From the NCBI GenBank assembly GCA_051530055.1, contig CM121343.1, forward strand, positions 4,124,389 through 4,188,388: DNA of 64,000 nt. Direction: 5' to 3'. The notes under the pieces are model-generated. The model was not told where the DNA came from. It ran no database searches and saw only the letters and a program-made list of their open reading frames with translations. This DNA comes from Neoechinorhynchus agilis (Eukaryota; Animalia; Acanthocephala). Shown here piece after piece: positions 34,880 to 47,078 of the stretch (within the stretch, counting starts at the first letter, position 1; each line of letters begins with the position of its first letter). Position numbers and translations under genes: made by a program.

Positions 34880-35725
34880 ATGAATGGACGTGGTAACTTA
34901 AAAGAAGGCCTTAAATCGGAGGTTATGGATGGTAGTGCGGTAGAAGGAGGATCCGAGGCGTCGTTGATTGAAGATGAGTGTCCGATTTGCCTTGAAAAGG
35001 TAAAGAATACTCCAACGGGTCGGTACGGTATCCAGGATGGATGCGAACACCGAGTTTGTCTACAATGTCTTCGAACGTGGCGTACCGACTGCCGTTTTTT
35101 GAACCACCGCCAGTGCCCTTGCTGCAGAAAGAGGTGCGACCTCGTCATACCGACGAAGGTTTGGTATAAGACCAAGGAGGAACGTGAGAAAATGATCAAT
35201 GATTATCGAGCACGAGCCGTGAGGAGATATTGCAAATATTACCTTAATCAACAAAACTGTCCATTCGATAAGATGTGTCCTTTCAGCCATAAAGAAATTG
35301 AGACGAGCATCGATGAACCTGACGATCCGCTGGATGAACAAGATTTTTTTAACACCGACTCGTCGGAAATTTCAGTTTCCGAGGTGGATTTTCTCTCATT
35401 CCAATATGAACTAGATGAGGAGGACGACGACGATCTTGATACTTTAGGTGATGACTTCTTTGAACGAGAACTGACCATTGAGACAGAGGTGATGTTTCTA
35501 AGTCTCTTGATCAGTCTTTTAATGGACGAATCTCAAAATATAGACTACATGATCGATGATTTCGCATACCGAGGCTTCGTGGAAAACGATGATAATGATG
35601 AACTTGAGATGCTCGATATTTTTGAGGATACAAATGAAGAGCATAATTATGACCCTGTCTGGGAGGATCAGTTTTGGACTGAGGACGATTTTAATGAAAA
35701 TAGCTTTGACGGCGATTATGATTAG
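34880..35725 (+). CDS. MKRN: Makorin-like RING plus C3H zinc-finger protein with a long acidic tail; no N-terminal C3H fingers
   Basis: CPICLEKV...RYGIQDGCEHRVCLQCLRTWR...RQCPCCR...VIPTKVW...EKMINDY...CKYY...CPFDKMCPFSH matches the makorin C-terminal half. Confidence 0.8.
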   Translation: MNGRGNLKEGLKSEVMDGSAVEGGSEASLIEDECPICLEKVKNTPTGRYGIQDGCEHRVCLQCLRTWRTDCRFLNHRQCPCCRKRCDLVIPTKVWYKTKEEREKMINDYRARAVRRYCKYYLNQQNCPFDKMCPFSHKEIETSIDEPDDPLDEQDFFNTDSSEISVSEVDFLSFQYELDEEDDDDLDTLGDDFFERELTIETEVMFLSLLISLLMDESQNIDYMIDDFAYRGFVENDDNDELEMLDIFEDTNEEHNYDPVWEDQFWTEDDFNENSFDGDYD

Positions 35726-35911
35726 GTGCTTTTAGTTACAGAGACATGACGGGTTCATCAAATCCGAACCCGCATGTCGTTATTTACGATTAAATTCAGG
35801 TTTATTTGAGTGCTCTGGATACAAACGGCATTTGATCTAATCGATTGTACTCGATATATTAGTATTTTGCGGTCATCAGCATTCATATTACACGTTGTCT
35901 TCTTTCTTCAG

Positions 35912-36439
35912 ATGAATTTTATCGATGCCGAGCAGCACAGATTCGGCAGGATGTCCATTGATCGCAAACGCAGGAATCCCTACCTCTCGGATAACAGTAA
36001 CGACGATCAGTCGGAGAAATCACATCCATCGACTCCCATTTCTGGACACAATTCCGACGAACAAGCTCTTATACGACGAAAAATCATTTTGGCTAATCTG
36101 AGCGCTGAACAGCTCGATAGGTACGAGCAGTTTCGCCAAGCATCACTTTCGAAACAAACTGTCAAGCGCATTGTTCAAAGAGCGTTAAAGGTGGTTCCTC
36201 GTAACGACACTGTAATAATTTTAAGTGGAATCGCCAAAATTTTGGCAGCCGAATTGATTGGCAAAGCATTGGACATACGAGGGCGAACCGATGAGATGAG
36301 GATGGTTCCTCTAAGCCCCGCAGATATTCAAAAAGCGAACGAAAAACTTAAAAGGGAAACGAAATTTGACTTTTTTGGACAAACCGAGGAAGATCTTGAC
36401 ACGACTATTACAAATTTTACTACAGAGAAAAACGATTAA
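35912..36439 (+). CDS. TAF11: TFIID subunit TAF11 (histone fold)
   Basis: ILANLSAEQLDRYEQFRQASLSKQTVKRIV...VIILSGIAKILAAELIGKALDI...PLSPADIQKA matches the TAFII28 domain. Confidence 0.85.
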   Translation: MNFIDAEQHRFGRMSIDRKRRNPYLSDNSNDDQSEKSHPSTPISGHNSDEQALIRRKIILANLSAEQLDRYEQFRQASLSKQTVKRIVQRALKVVPRNDTVIILSGIAKILAAELIGKALDIRGRTDEMRMVPLSPADIQKANEKLKRETKFDFFGQTEEDLDTTITNFTTEKND

Positions 36440-37213
36440 GGTATGAGCGATTGCGATCGAAGGAACAAATAGTTTTAGCTATGACTGCACAATTGCCAAA
36501 TCAACAAGATCACTAATTTTTTTTGCTTAGAACGTGGATCTGAGTGATTGGTTTTCTTCAAAGCTCCAGTGAGTGAGACTGGAGGGTCTTTGGCTATAAG
36601 AAAAAGCGGTAAACCTTTTTGTGGTCATGACCCCACCTTAGAAACCCAAAATATACCCGGGAAAATATGTGGTTAGTGACGCAAATATTACAAGAAAAAG
36701 CGATAAAAGAAGCAGAAAAATAGAGTATCTTTTTTATTTGTCATCATTAAGCAACTAGAGTCCATGGATACATTATTTTTTTTGCTTGAATTAAATAAAA
36801 TTCAGCATAGTGTAGTGATTGTTCTTATTTGAGCACTATACGCGGTTGAAAACCAACGTTTATTTTGAACCAATATTATGGAAGACATAAAACTCCGAAA
36901 TATCGGTGTCAAAAATAAACATTTGTTTTCGATCGCTCAAATTGCTTTGAAGTTGAATGGACAATCGACTTAGTGAGATTTACGGTATAAAAAATGCAGT
37001 CGAAAGCAGCAATGCACAATTTTTAATGAAAAAACTCCAAGGTATCATTTGATAGAATGAAGACAGCGTTTACGGATAAATGTTTTAGCCATCGCAAGAT
37101 TTTGAGCTCTACTATTACACCTCTGCATTCCACTTGCACAAATTTCTTTTTACGAGAAAACCAGGAAAATGATCACAAAAACTGATTTTGTATTCGATTG
37201 AAGAGAGATTTTG

Positions 37214-40021
37214 TCACTTGTTTTTTCTACGTTGGTTATGCATACATCCGAGATGCACTAGTGACGAGTTGGGGAGTCTTACAAATGCACTTGTTCCAAT
37301 TTTTCGAATGCAAACAATACAAGACCTAGCTGAACTTACAATGAAGGATTGTTCCTCTAGAGCAACTAATTGATTCTTTTTCTTGGTCAATTGGTATTCA
37401 TCTACAGTCTTTATCCTATTTAGCTTACTTAGATTGTTCATATTGGATACTATCGATCTATATATGAACCGATTTATCCTTGTGAAAGGAAGGTCGTCCG
37501 AAAATTGCTCCAAAATTGAATAAGCCTGTAATCGCGATTTCTCTGAAAATTCTGGATCATTAATGAGTTTTAGCCCCGCTTTGAAATTTTCACTTTGCTC
37601 GGGAGATTGCAGCAAACGTTTAGCGATATATGCAGCATTAGCACGATCTGGTCTTGTTTTGATCTTGTCAATTGCTTCGATTGAATCACTCACAAGTTCA
37701 TTGCTACTTCCGGTGTTCGACAAACAATCGTTTATCAATTCAAATAGCTGTTTCTGATCAAGAAACGGAGAACCATCAGAAATACGTATATTCGAAAACC
37801 TCTCAATGATTTCGGGAATCAATTCGTAATTGGGTTTAATCGACTCCGTACTGCACATTGCATGCATGAGCGTTGAAAATAAGTCCGAATCGAGGTTTTT
37901 ATCATCGACCATTTGGGAAACAAGACTAGACGCCATTTCAATTTTAACTTTTTCGCATAAATTAATTTCGTTCTTAATCAAATATTTTAAGTATTCAAGC
38001 CCGATCGCAGGTTTTGTAGTTTCCACAATGAATCGGAATATCTGTAGGATATGAGTCTCGTCGTTAAGATAAATGTAACAAGAGCCAATACTGTAGTCTT
38101 TGATCTGAATTAAAGTTGCGTCTTGTATTATCAGATGTAAAAATCGACAAAAATCGTTGCTCGTCCGTATTCTTCAAAACATTTATTGACCCTTCAACTA
38201 TAAGATCGAAGTCTTCGAATTGCAACTGACTTATATTCCTTATAAGTGCATTCACGGCACTCTTATCGACAGAGCCACTACATTTGCTCAACTGCGACAA
38301 AAGCAACCTAGCAGCTTTCGCATTGCAATTACGAGTTTCGTAAAGGAACACAGCATCGTCTACTCTTTTATTCAGCATTAGAAGCCGGACGGATTCATCG
38401 ATGTGGCACTGATTATTGGCCATTCTCACCATATTTCGGATAAGGCGATTATTGACCAATAGAAAGCTTCTTAAAAGGGCGGTGTCAATTATTGGCAATA
38501 ACTCAGCATCTTTTCTTTGAAAAAGGAGCTCTTGTCTTTTCAATGTAAGATACTTAATCAACTCATTCAGCATTTCTGAGCAGTTCTTACAATTCGCTGC
38601 ATTCGAATCAGTATGACAATTCAAATCCCATTCGATAACCGGGGCGTAGAAGTCACTTCGCTCAATGGGTCGGCAAAAGTCTGGCGTAATTCGAACAGTA
38701 GAGTATTGAACGAGTTCGTCGTCGACTGCTAACAACACATTTAGTATGGGAATCTTAGTTTCGTTTCTAAAAAGCTCAAATGCAATTTTATACTTATTTT
38801 CTTTGAGATAATAGGATGCCTCATAGAATTTCAGATCAATAATTCCGATTTCCTAGGAAGTGCATCATTCGTAAGAATATAAAGTTATGATCACTCACCT
38901 CAGGCTGAGTATTATCGCATTTGCATTCCATATACCATATCATCTTTGGTGATGTGAGCATAAACTCATTGTAGCTATGGGGGTCTACGGACAAATGTAG
39001 CCATTGATCAGGCGGTGAGTTGATTTGGCTTGAGGAGCAATCTATGTGATAAAGGAGTGATTCTAAGGGCTCCTTGGTGAGGAATGGGTGCATTTTGACG
39101 GCGATCGATTGATCCTGAAGTAAAGCGAACACGAAAACTCGATTACATCCGAGTTCTAGGACTTGACCGGGCCAGTGCATTCTAGAAGATGTTCTTGCGC
39201 CATTACTGAAGCAAATGGTAGTGTCCTCAGAATACTGAACGTACACTGAATCGCCTGTAGAACTCAGAATAACAGGGGATGTGTGCACCTTTTCGCAAAC
39301 AGTTCTGATCGGGTCGACGTTACCCGGATGATTCGGTAGAATGCTTTTTCCGTAAGCATACATTGATTTTTTTCCTAAAAAGCAATAGATGTCGCCATTG
39401 TCACACACAAGAGCCTGGTCGTGGCTTGTTAGGCCATCGATTTGAGTCCAGTTTTTGTAGACTTCTTCGTTTTTCAAATCGGTGCATAAACACCATAAAC
39501 GGCACAGACTATCCACCATGCAAACATGAATGTGATTCGATAAGGTATTCGTCAATCGAATGCTATATATCCTATGCCGTATCATTGATCGCAATGGCGA
39601 AAACGGAGACCGTCGAGCTTCAGAAAATTCGAATTCTTTGCTCATATCCACTGTGGTCGTTATCGATAATTGTCCTTCGGTTATGCGCATTATGTACAAA
39701 ATATTGTCCGGTGCCTCTGCCAAAGCACCAATCAAACTTGAATCCACTATTTTGATTACATATCAAGAAGCTCCGAAGATCCAAAGAAGTACGAAATTCG
39801 AAGATTCGAGATCTACGAAATTTAATGCTTCCATCTTGTAATTTTAGCACTATAAATCCGTCTTCGTTCTTATGCCGATTCTTTTTTAATAAACATACAT
39901 CGCAGTTTCCATTGGTGGAAATAGTCGATGCGATCCAAGTTTCATCATGATCCTTAACTTCCAAAAGTTCAAAATCGCAAGAGTCGTCAATAGTCAAAGT
40001 TCTATTGATGGAATATGCCAT
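37214..40021 (-). CDS. VPS39: VPS39/Vam6 HOPS subunit, about 4 exons
   Basis: The C-terminus CIVCIRKIGTSAFVRLPNSSLVHLGC matches VPS39. IDTALLRSFL, CHIDES.RLL and GLEYLKYLI are also present. 46-nt GT-AG introns lie at 39792-39747 and 38898-38853; the third junction near 38050-38100 needs a 1-nt correction. Confidence 0.88.
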
Positions 40022-41289
40022 AATCGATCGCAGAATATTCGAACGGTTACTCTAATGCCATCCACGTCACTAGATTTCTTTTTTTGGACAGTATTCCACG
40101 GAAGAAAAAAACGACATTTTAAAACATGTCAAAAGACTCAAGTTTTGATCAACTTTCGAATGCAAATATTTGGAGAACTTTTTCTGAGAAATCCATCGAA
40201 AATTCTTGTGTTCATAAAGATGGCCATTTTAGTTCTTATTCTCGACAATCGTATCTCGTCATGTACTTTAAATGGAATATAGTTATCATTTTGTTTATCG
40301 AAGGCAAATAATCACCTGTAAACCATTTGTCTTGCAATGTAAATCAACGAAATAATTAGTCGTGATTAAGGAAAGGTTTCCCTAGGACAATGATTTAACT
40401 TATCCTTGCTTCTTTATAAAAGAAAATCATCAAGTGAATACATTTGATAACGAACACAGGATTTACACAATCCGCTAAGCAGCAAAAATACGCAAATCCT
40501 CAAGTCTATCGAAATCAATTTTAATAAACTTAAAATTACGATATGGAAAAATTACCTTAAATCAAATAAGGAAATATCAACGAAATCGATTATCAATTTG
40601 TGCAATTCGATGAAATTTTAATTCTGCGCTATTGCTGCGAAAGTCATTCATTTTCTTAATGAACGAATTACTGATTAAGAAATTTAGTTTTCATTTTTCG
40701 GACGTCAAATGTCCATGAAAACGGTGAAGTGTGGGATGAAAACGATCAATAATGTTTCGAATTATGATTTTTATGAAATATTTTTCAATAGCGATTGAAA
40801 TAAAAATCTGATTTCCAACAAGTTGTAAATTTGACATTTCTCTTTATAGGAATTAGTGATTTGAAATGATATTTTCTTTTAAAACGATATTTATAGGCGC
40901 GATTTTTAATTGAAATGTTAAAATCATTGGAACAACTTTTTAAAATTTATTAGGCTCATTGTTATGCAAATAAAAAATTCTTGAAAATTTAAACTAAAAA
41001 ATAACGAACAAAATTTGAGTTGAAAAGTTAGCGGAAGAAATGATTTCTTTGAAAGAATAAAAATTTAGTTCCAAGAATTCTTTAAATGTGTTTCAATGGA
41101 CAATAATTTCTAAATGTCGATCGATGTGTTGATATAGTCAAACTATTTTCTGTATTGATTAGCCATTTATTGATTTAAGTGAATCGATATCTTCTTATTG
41201 CAATTTGAGAAATTTCGCGAATTTTATGCTTACATTAATAAAGACGTGAATTTCACTAAAAATTATCCAATTTAACCGAACTCACAACT

Positions 41290-43422
41290 GTGGTCACAGA
41301 CACGAATGCCCCACCGCCAGCACTGATCGAGATGCTTTCGCACGGTACCCGCATGATTAGACGAATCCCGCGAGGCGCCAGGTCCTCCGTAGCTTCCAAA
41401 TTAGCGTGCCTGATCGAGCGTATCATACGATATCCAACCGTACCATCTGACTGGTTCAACCTCCTCGCGTTTCCCAAAGCCGTCTTACGTGTTCCCACAC
41501 AAACATCTGAAGCCAACGAGAATCAATCGCTCAGTCAAAAGATTCGCAACAGGTCCGACGCTTACGAGTCCTTTGAACAAGTCGAGCATCTTGGATGGCA
41601 GAGCCATCGTTGTAATTTTCCTCACGACCCGGACTCTCAACTACGTGCAAAATGCTCCGAGAAGCTGGAGGACGGCGATCGTGTGCCGTTCGACTTGTAA
41701 GCGGAACGGACCGCCTACTCGCGCCGAACAAGGACATCCTCGACTCTTTGAAATTGAAGCACCCTCCGCGCAGACGGAGTTGCTTCAAGCCAAATTATGA
41801 TTCGTCGTTCACAGAGTCCGATCGCGACACCCTCATACCCATTACAGTCTCCACAGTCACTTCCGCTCTGATGTCGTTTCCGCCATCGTCAGCTGGGGGG
41901 CATGATGGTTTAAGCCCTCGAAACTTACGGGATTTGACCTGCTTGTCTTCTGGAGCTCAAGGTACACGATTGCTGAACGCAATCACCGAGCTCACACGCG
42001 TAATCGTCCGCGGTTCCGTACCTCCTCCAGTCGCGCGTTTACTCTGCGGTGCCAAGCTGATCGCTTTCACAAAAAAAGGCGGAGGGGTTCGTCCCATTGC
42101 CGTCGGTTGTACCTTCCGTCGATTGGCATCCAAAGTCACATGTCAGTTTGCCACCGATCGATTATTCGATCAACTTTTGCCGGTTCAATTAGGAGTCGGA
42201 GTTCCTGCTGGAGCCGATGCGGCCGTACATGCAGCACGAGCGTATAGTCGGAATGGTATATGTAAGGGAACGGCTATGGTCAAGCTTGACATGGAGAACG
42301 CGTTCAATTCAATATGCCGCACCGCGATGACAGAGGTTGTCCACCAGCATATACCAGAAATCTACCAGTATGTGTCCTTGTGCTACGACCAGTCCAGCAT
42401 GCTGCTGTTTGGCGAATTCCAGGTCGAATCAGCAGAGGGTGTACAACAAGTTGATCCTCTAGGTCCTCTGCTGTTCGCATTGACGATCAATCATCTCGCC
42501 CACAGCTCTTCGTCAGATTTGTCGATCTGGTACCTCGACGACTGTTGCATTGGGGGGGGAGATCGACCAGCTCATTCGCGACATCAAAAACATCTCCGAA
42601 ATGGGTGCCGATATCGGACTATTCCGGAGAACGGACAAATGTGAAATCATTTCGGACGACCAAGAGGATGCATCGAGACTGCTCACCGTACTGCCCGGAG
42701 CAAAGACAACTGCAACCGTCGGGTCTCCAATCGGTAACCTGTCTAACCTGGAAACGTTCCTTTCAAAAGCCATCGATCAATTGCGGCTCAATGCAGAGTG
42801 CATGTACTTTGTGGAAGAAGGAATAGTGAGAATCGAGATTGAATCAAAGGGACAAGTGAGAATTGTCAACGAAATAAAAAAAGGTGACTACTTTGGCGAA
42901 TTAGCATTGATCGACAACAAACCAAGAGCAGCCTCAGCATTTGCAGTTGGTAAGACAAGAGTGGGAGTAATGATGACTAATGAATTCAAGGAGTACATGG
43001 AACCAATATTGGATATTTTGGAAGAAAACAAAAAGAAATATTTTGAACAAGTCAAAAAAGAATTCGGTGATTAAATGTCCAAATGATTTTATTAAAAAAA
43101 GAAGATATTTTATGATTGCCACTGATCGAAACTACGTTTTTAATCCTAAGAAAATAGTCTTTACAACTAAAATACAAGTTTTAATTTGGTAGGTCTCAGG
43201 TTTTTGTACCGTTTGAGAGTAGAGACTCTTGGTGTGATCGGTAGTTCGGCACTTAGATTTATGAAGGAGTTATCGAGTAGACTCCAGGCCAAGACAGAAA
43301 ATACAAGAGCTGGTGCATTCCTACGCCAAAACATTGGTCTCACGATCCAAACAGGAAAAGTAGCGAGTGTGGTCGCGACCACTGAAAGGAGAGCGATGCC
43401 TCTTCTTCGTGGACGGTGGTGA
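41290..43422 (+). mobile_element. 5'-truncated CRE-clade non-LTR retrotransposon with an internal segment replaced by a host gene fragment
   Basis: It contains RRIPRGAR, SAGGHDGL, AKLIAFTKKGGGVRPIAVGCTFRRLASK, QLGVG, KLDMENAFNSI, GVQQVDPLGPLLF and WYLDD. The 3' end VETLG...AGAFLRQNIGLTIQTG resumes at about 43195. Confidence 0.88.
42790..43074 (+). other. Captured C-terminal cAMP-binding domain B of a PKA type II regulatory subunit, in frame with the retrotransposon ORF
   Basis: MYFVEEG...KKGDYFGELALIDNKPRAASAFAVG...MEPILDIL..N...YFEQVKKEFG* matches the PRKAR2 C-terminus (FGELAL..NKPRAASAYAVG...EEQL.KMFG). Confidence 0.85.
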
Positions 43423-43949
43423 TTGTTTAAACTTTTTGTTGTTGTGTGTAAATGAAAGAATTGCTTTCAAAAAAATTTTGCTTATTTAAAAGACAGAGTT
43501 GCAATAAATGGCAGACGGCTCATATTCCTCCGAATTTTTTTATGGGAGTTGTCCGTTCGATCGTTGTTTTCTGGTTCGCTGGAATTCTCGTTATTAGGCA
43601 AGTTCAATGTTTTCGATACCTATAGCTTCAACTTTCTTTGGGGAAGTAAATCATTAAACCTCTAATCCTGGCGATGATTTTAAGCCCGTCAATAATATAT
43701 CGATCGCCCGATCAAAAAGGTAATACTTGTGATCCCAAGTCAGTTACCTCAAACCGTGGCTCGATCCAAAGGCGAAGGAGACAACATATCAAGGCGAACT
43801 TCCTTTTTGGAATGCGACCTTGAAATATGTCTTTATAAATAAAAATCATATGGACGAATATACGTCTTTTATATAAAAAAAGAAGCGATTTGGCCCAAAA
43901 CAATTGATGGTACAAGTAAATCAAAAACAAGAAAACCCTCTCTGAAAGT

Positions 43950-45222
43950 CAAACGACCATTCCTGCTATTTTAAATGTGCTCCATTGACTGATCTGATCT
44001 ATACCGACGGGCGACCTGATGTTATTGATCTATTGAATGACAGACGACCATTTGATCCGTTTCACATTCCTTTAATCTACGTTTGGAAACGACTAATTTA
44101 TCGAATTGGAACAACCAAAAAGGTTGTCTATATATCGCCTTGTTTTCGATCTTTTCACAAAATCCGTCAAGTTTTCGGACATTTGGAAACGACAAGATCA
44201 CATTTGTCGATTGATTTATTTACTTTCCAAGAAAATGTGGACATCGATTATGAGTACGCTGGAAGTGGGAAAAATGTGGAAGATAAAGATCGTTCGAATT
44301 TCCTGGAAAAGAACTTCCATTCTGCAATGATTATCATGGGCGTTACAAATGGAATGTGTTCTATCGGCTTCCAGCGTCCTTGAAAGTAACGTTTAATTTC
44401 ATATTTAGAAATGCTCTCAGATATTGGCTCTGGGCGAATCTCAGTTTAAAAGGAGCAACTTTTAGTCAAAACAAACGGAACTTGCACTATTGATTACTGT
44501 TCCGATTAAACATTTTTTGTTATTGTATTACTAAAATCTAGTAATCAATACCTTTAGAAAATTTTAAAATTGTAGATTTATAAGGAATTAAATGTTTATT
44601 TTTGGCGTACCAGCAGTGTTTATTTTCCCTAAACTTAATTTGCAATTGACTTCATATAAAGCGGTCACGTATCCATCCATTTTTAAGTACTTCGTATGAT
44701 TCATTTGCATTAGATTTCTTCGGTTTTTGAGCATTTCGGTTTAGAAAAAACGCAGGCTTTCAACCAAAACAACTGCGAATATTTGAAATTGCCTGAAGGT
44801 GGAATTCCGCAAGGAGTGCAAGAATGTGGCGATGCGTGTAAATGTCCAGGGCACTGTCCAAACACATTGGTCAGCCAAGGAGTTCGAGCTCATTTGGAGG
44901 TATTTGTTCATAGAACTAAAAGATTAGGCGTCCGTGTGAACCACGATCTTCCAAAAGGTTGCTTTGTTTGTCAACAGGACAGCGAGAAGGAGAGAAATGC
45001 AAATGTTGCGTCGATCACCAATGTGTCCCGTATTTTCCATCGATCGGGAACGAATTCCAATTTGTTTGTTCAGAAGGTGTACTTTAACTCTAACGGAACG
45101 GACAGGCGAAGTAATGGCTCTTTTTACAGCTCGAGATGTATTAGTGGGCGAAGAACTCATCGTACCGGCGATCTTACGAATGTTTATTGGATTTTGTGTG
45201 TAAGCCGCTTAATCGCGGATAA
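43950..45222 (+). pseudogene. SETDB1: Degenerate SETDB1/eggless-like gene (MBD, pre-SET, SET remnants)
   Basis: MBD: PFHIPLIYVWKR...VVYISPC...DLFTF. Pre-SET and SET: QECGDACKC.GHCPNTLVSQG...RTKRLGVR...LPKGCFVC, NLFVQKV and ALFTARDVLVGEEL. Several frameshifts are present. Confidence 0.75.
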
Positions 45223-45249
45223 GAGGAAACTGTGAATGTTCAATACAGC

Positions 45250-45420
45250 CGATAAAGAGAGTTCATTTTATTGACGCCTTCATTATACAGAAATCAAAGT
45301 TTGAGCACATTCTTAAAAGCGCTTCCGTTTCTGGTAATCTAAATCGATTGGGGTAACGACAAACTTGCGAAACAATCGCTGATGAAGATCCGAGATAGTG
45401 GATCGAAATATCCAATAAAA
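45250..45420 (+). mobile_element. Probable 3' end of a Penelope-like element: ORF tail, hammerhead, AATAAA
   Basis: The frame IKRVHFIDAFIIQK...GNLNRLG* weakly resembles Penelope C-termini. It is followed by a hammerhead at 45379 and AATAAA at 45414. Confidence 0.5.
45375..45416 (+). ncRNA. Minimal type I hammerhead ribozyme
   Basis: The sequence reads AUCG-CUGAUGA-A-GAUCC(GAGAUAGU)GGAUC-GAAA-UAU-C-CAAU. It has a perfect 5-bp stem II, a palindromic AUAU stem III, an AUC triplet and one mismatch in stem I. Confidence 0.72.
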
Positions 45421-47078
45421 ATCCTAATTTCATTTATCTCTCCTATCAACAAATAAAAATGTATAATGTACTTTTGATGCTTGTTTGTGTACTGTGGAGG
45501 AAAAGAAACATAAAAACGATTAAAGAACCATTCCACAGTGTTGTTAGTGGCAACATTGTGACCGTGAACTTTAATGGTTTTTGTGTTGATTTTTAATGCT
45601 TGCTTTTTGTGTTTAAACAGGCAACCATTGCTTTAACCGAACGGACTCACATTTCGCTGCGACAATGCTCTCCAAGTCAATAACATGTCTTGTCAATCGG
45701 TTTCTTCTAACGGTTTCACTTGATTTCACGGATTTCGAAGGGGATGTGGCAAAATCGAGGCGAGGGGATCTCTTCTGTGTCCACCGTTTATCTTTTAATG
45801 GCTCACTGATGGAAGTTCGTGGCATAATGGACTGATTCGTCATGGTTTCATTCTTCTTTTGAAGTTCAAGATCGGACCATAAAGAGTCATTGGACTAAGC
45901 ATGATTCGTCGATAAGAAAAACCGTTTCGAACTTACTTCTGAGACAGAGGTCAAGAGTAATCGCTTAATGAACTCAGTTGCATCCAAAGTGTTCGCAAAT
46001 GTTCGTACCTTCGTCCAAAACCTCTTTGTTGTTGTCGGTGTAAATTGTTGAACTTACCGTAAGATTAACATTGTTCGATTTCATGCTGGTTTCGGCATTA
46101 TGAAAGTATCGTCTTAGTTGATATGAAATATTACATCTATAGTTTTGCTTCTGATTGTTTCTCTCGAAAAAATGTATCACCTGACAAGGACTACAGCCCA
46201 CATTTGATCCCGCTTCGGTAATGACATGAATAATGAAGCAATCGTGGAAAATGATGAAAACAAGCTGAACACAGAAATTGGATAAATGAGAATGACGGAT
46301 TTTTACCCTGAAAATTCGAATGCCGTTAGGCACAATTGGTTTGTAAACATAACACCAATGACATCGCGGTCGATACCAAGCGGTTCCCTCAGCCTTATAT
46401 CTTCTTTGTTGATTGTGATGATCGTATACCTAAACAGGAGAAATGGTTTGTTTGCAAGAATTACAAAGTTAAGAATCAGAAAAAACAAGTATTTTATTAA
46501 AGATATTTCATGATGAAAAAATTTGAGTTGTTTTGTACGGCTAGGGCTCGCGAGATCGTCAAAACCGAGGTTCGGGAACCGTATGTCCGCCTACCTTCGT
46601 TTTGAGGCGATGCTTCTTGACGAAATATTTCGGTTCAATAGAATGTAAGAATAGTACAATCGGCGATTTTTTTCGGAGGTCTAAAAGTGGTTTGAGGCTT
46701 TTGGTTGTACTTTCGCAAATTCAAAGTGCCGATGAATGCAAATGGGGCAAGTGAACCGAATTTTTTCCGATCTTTTATATATGAAAAGAGGTTATGGACT
46801 ATATAATATGTCATTCGTTTCAGCAAAAACTTTCCGGTCCGATTGCGTGAGCTTCATAAATTTAGAAAATGTCATTTTTACAGCTAAAATATTACGTTTT
46901 CGAAGAAACCTTAAGTCCGTAAATTTAGCGAAAATACTCTGATTTTGGCTTATAAGGAGCACGGTCAGTGTGCGTGTAAAAGAAAAGTCGCTAGAACAAA
47001 TGATTGTTTTCAAAGAGTATCTCAAAAAACGCGAGAGTTGGATCTTAAAAAGGTAGTTGGTCGAAAAGCGGCAAGGAC

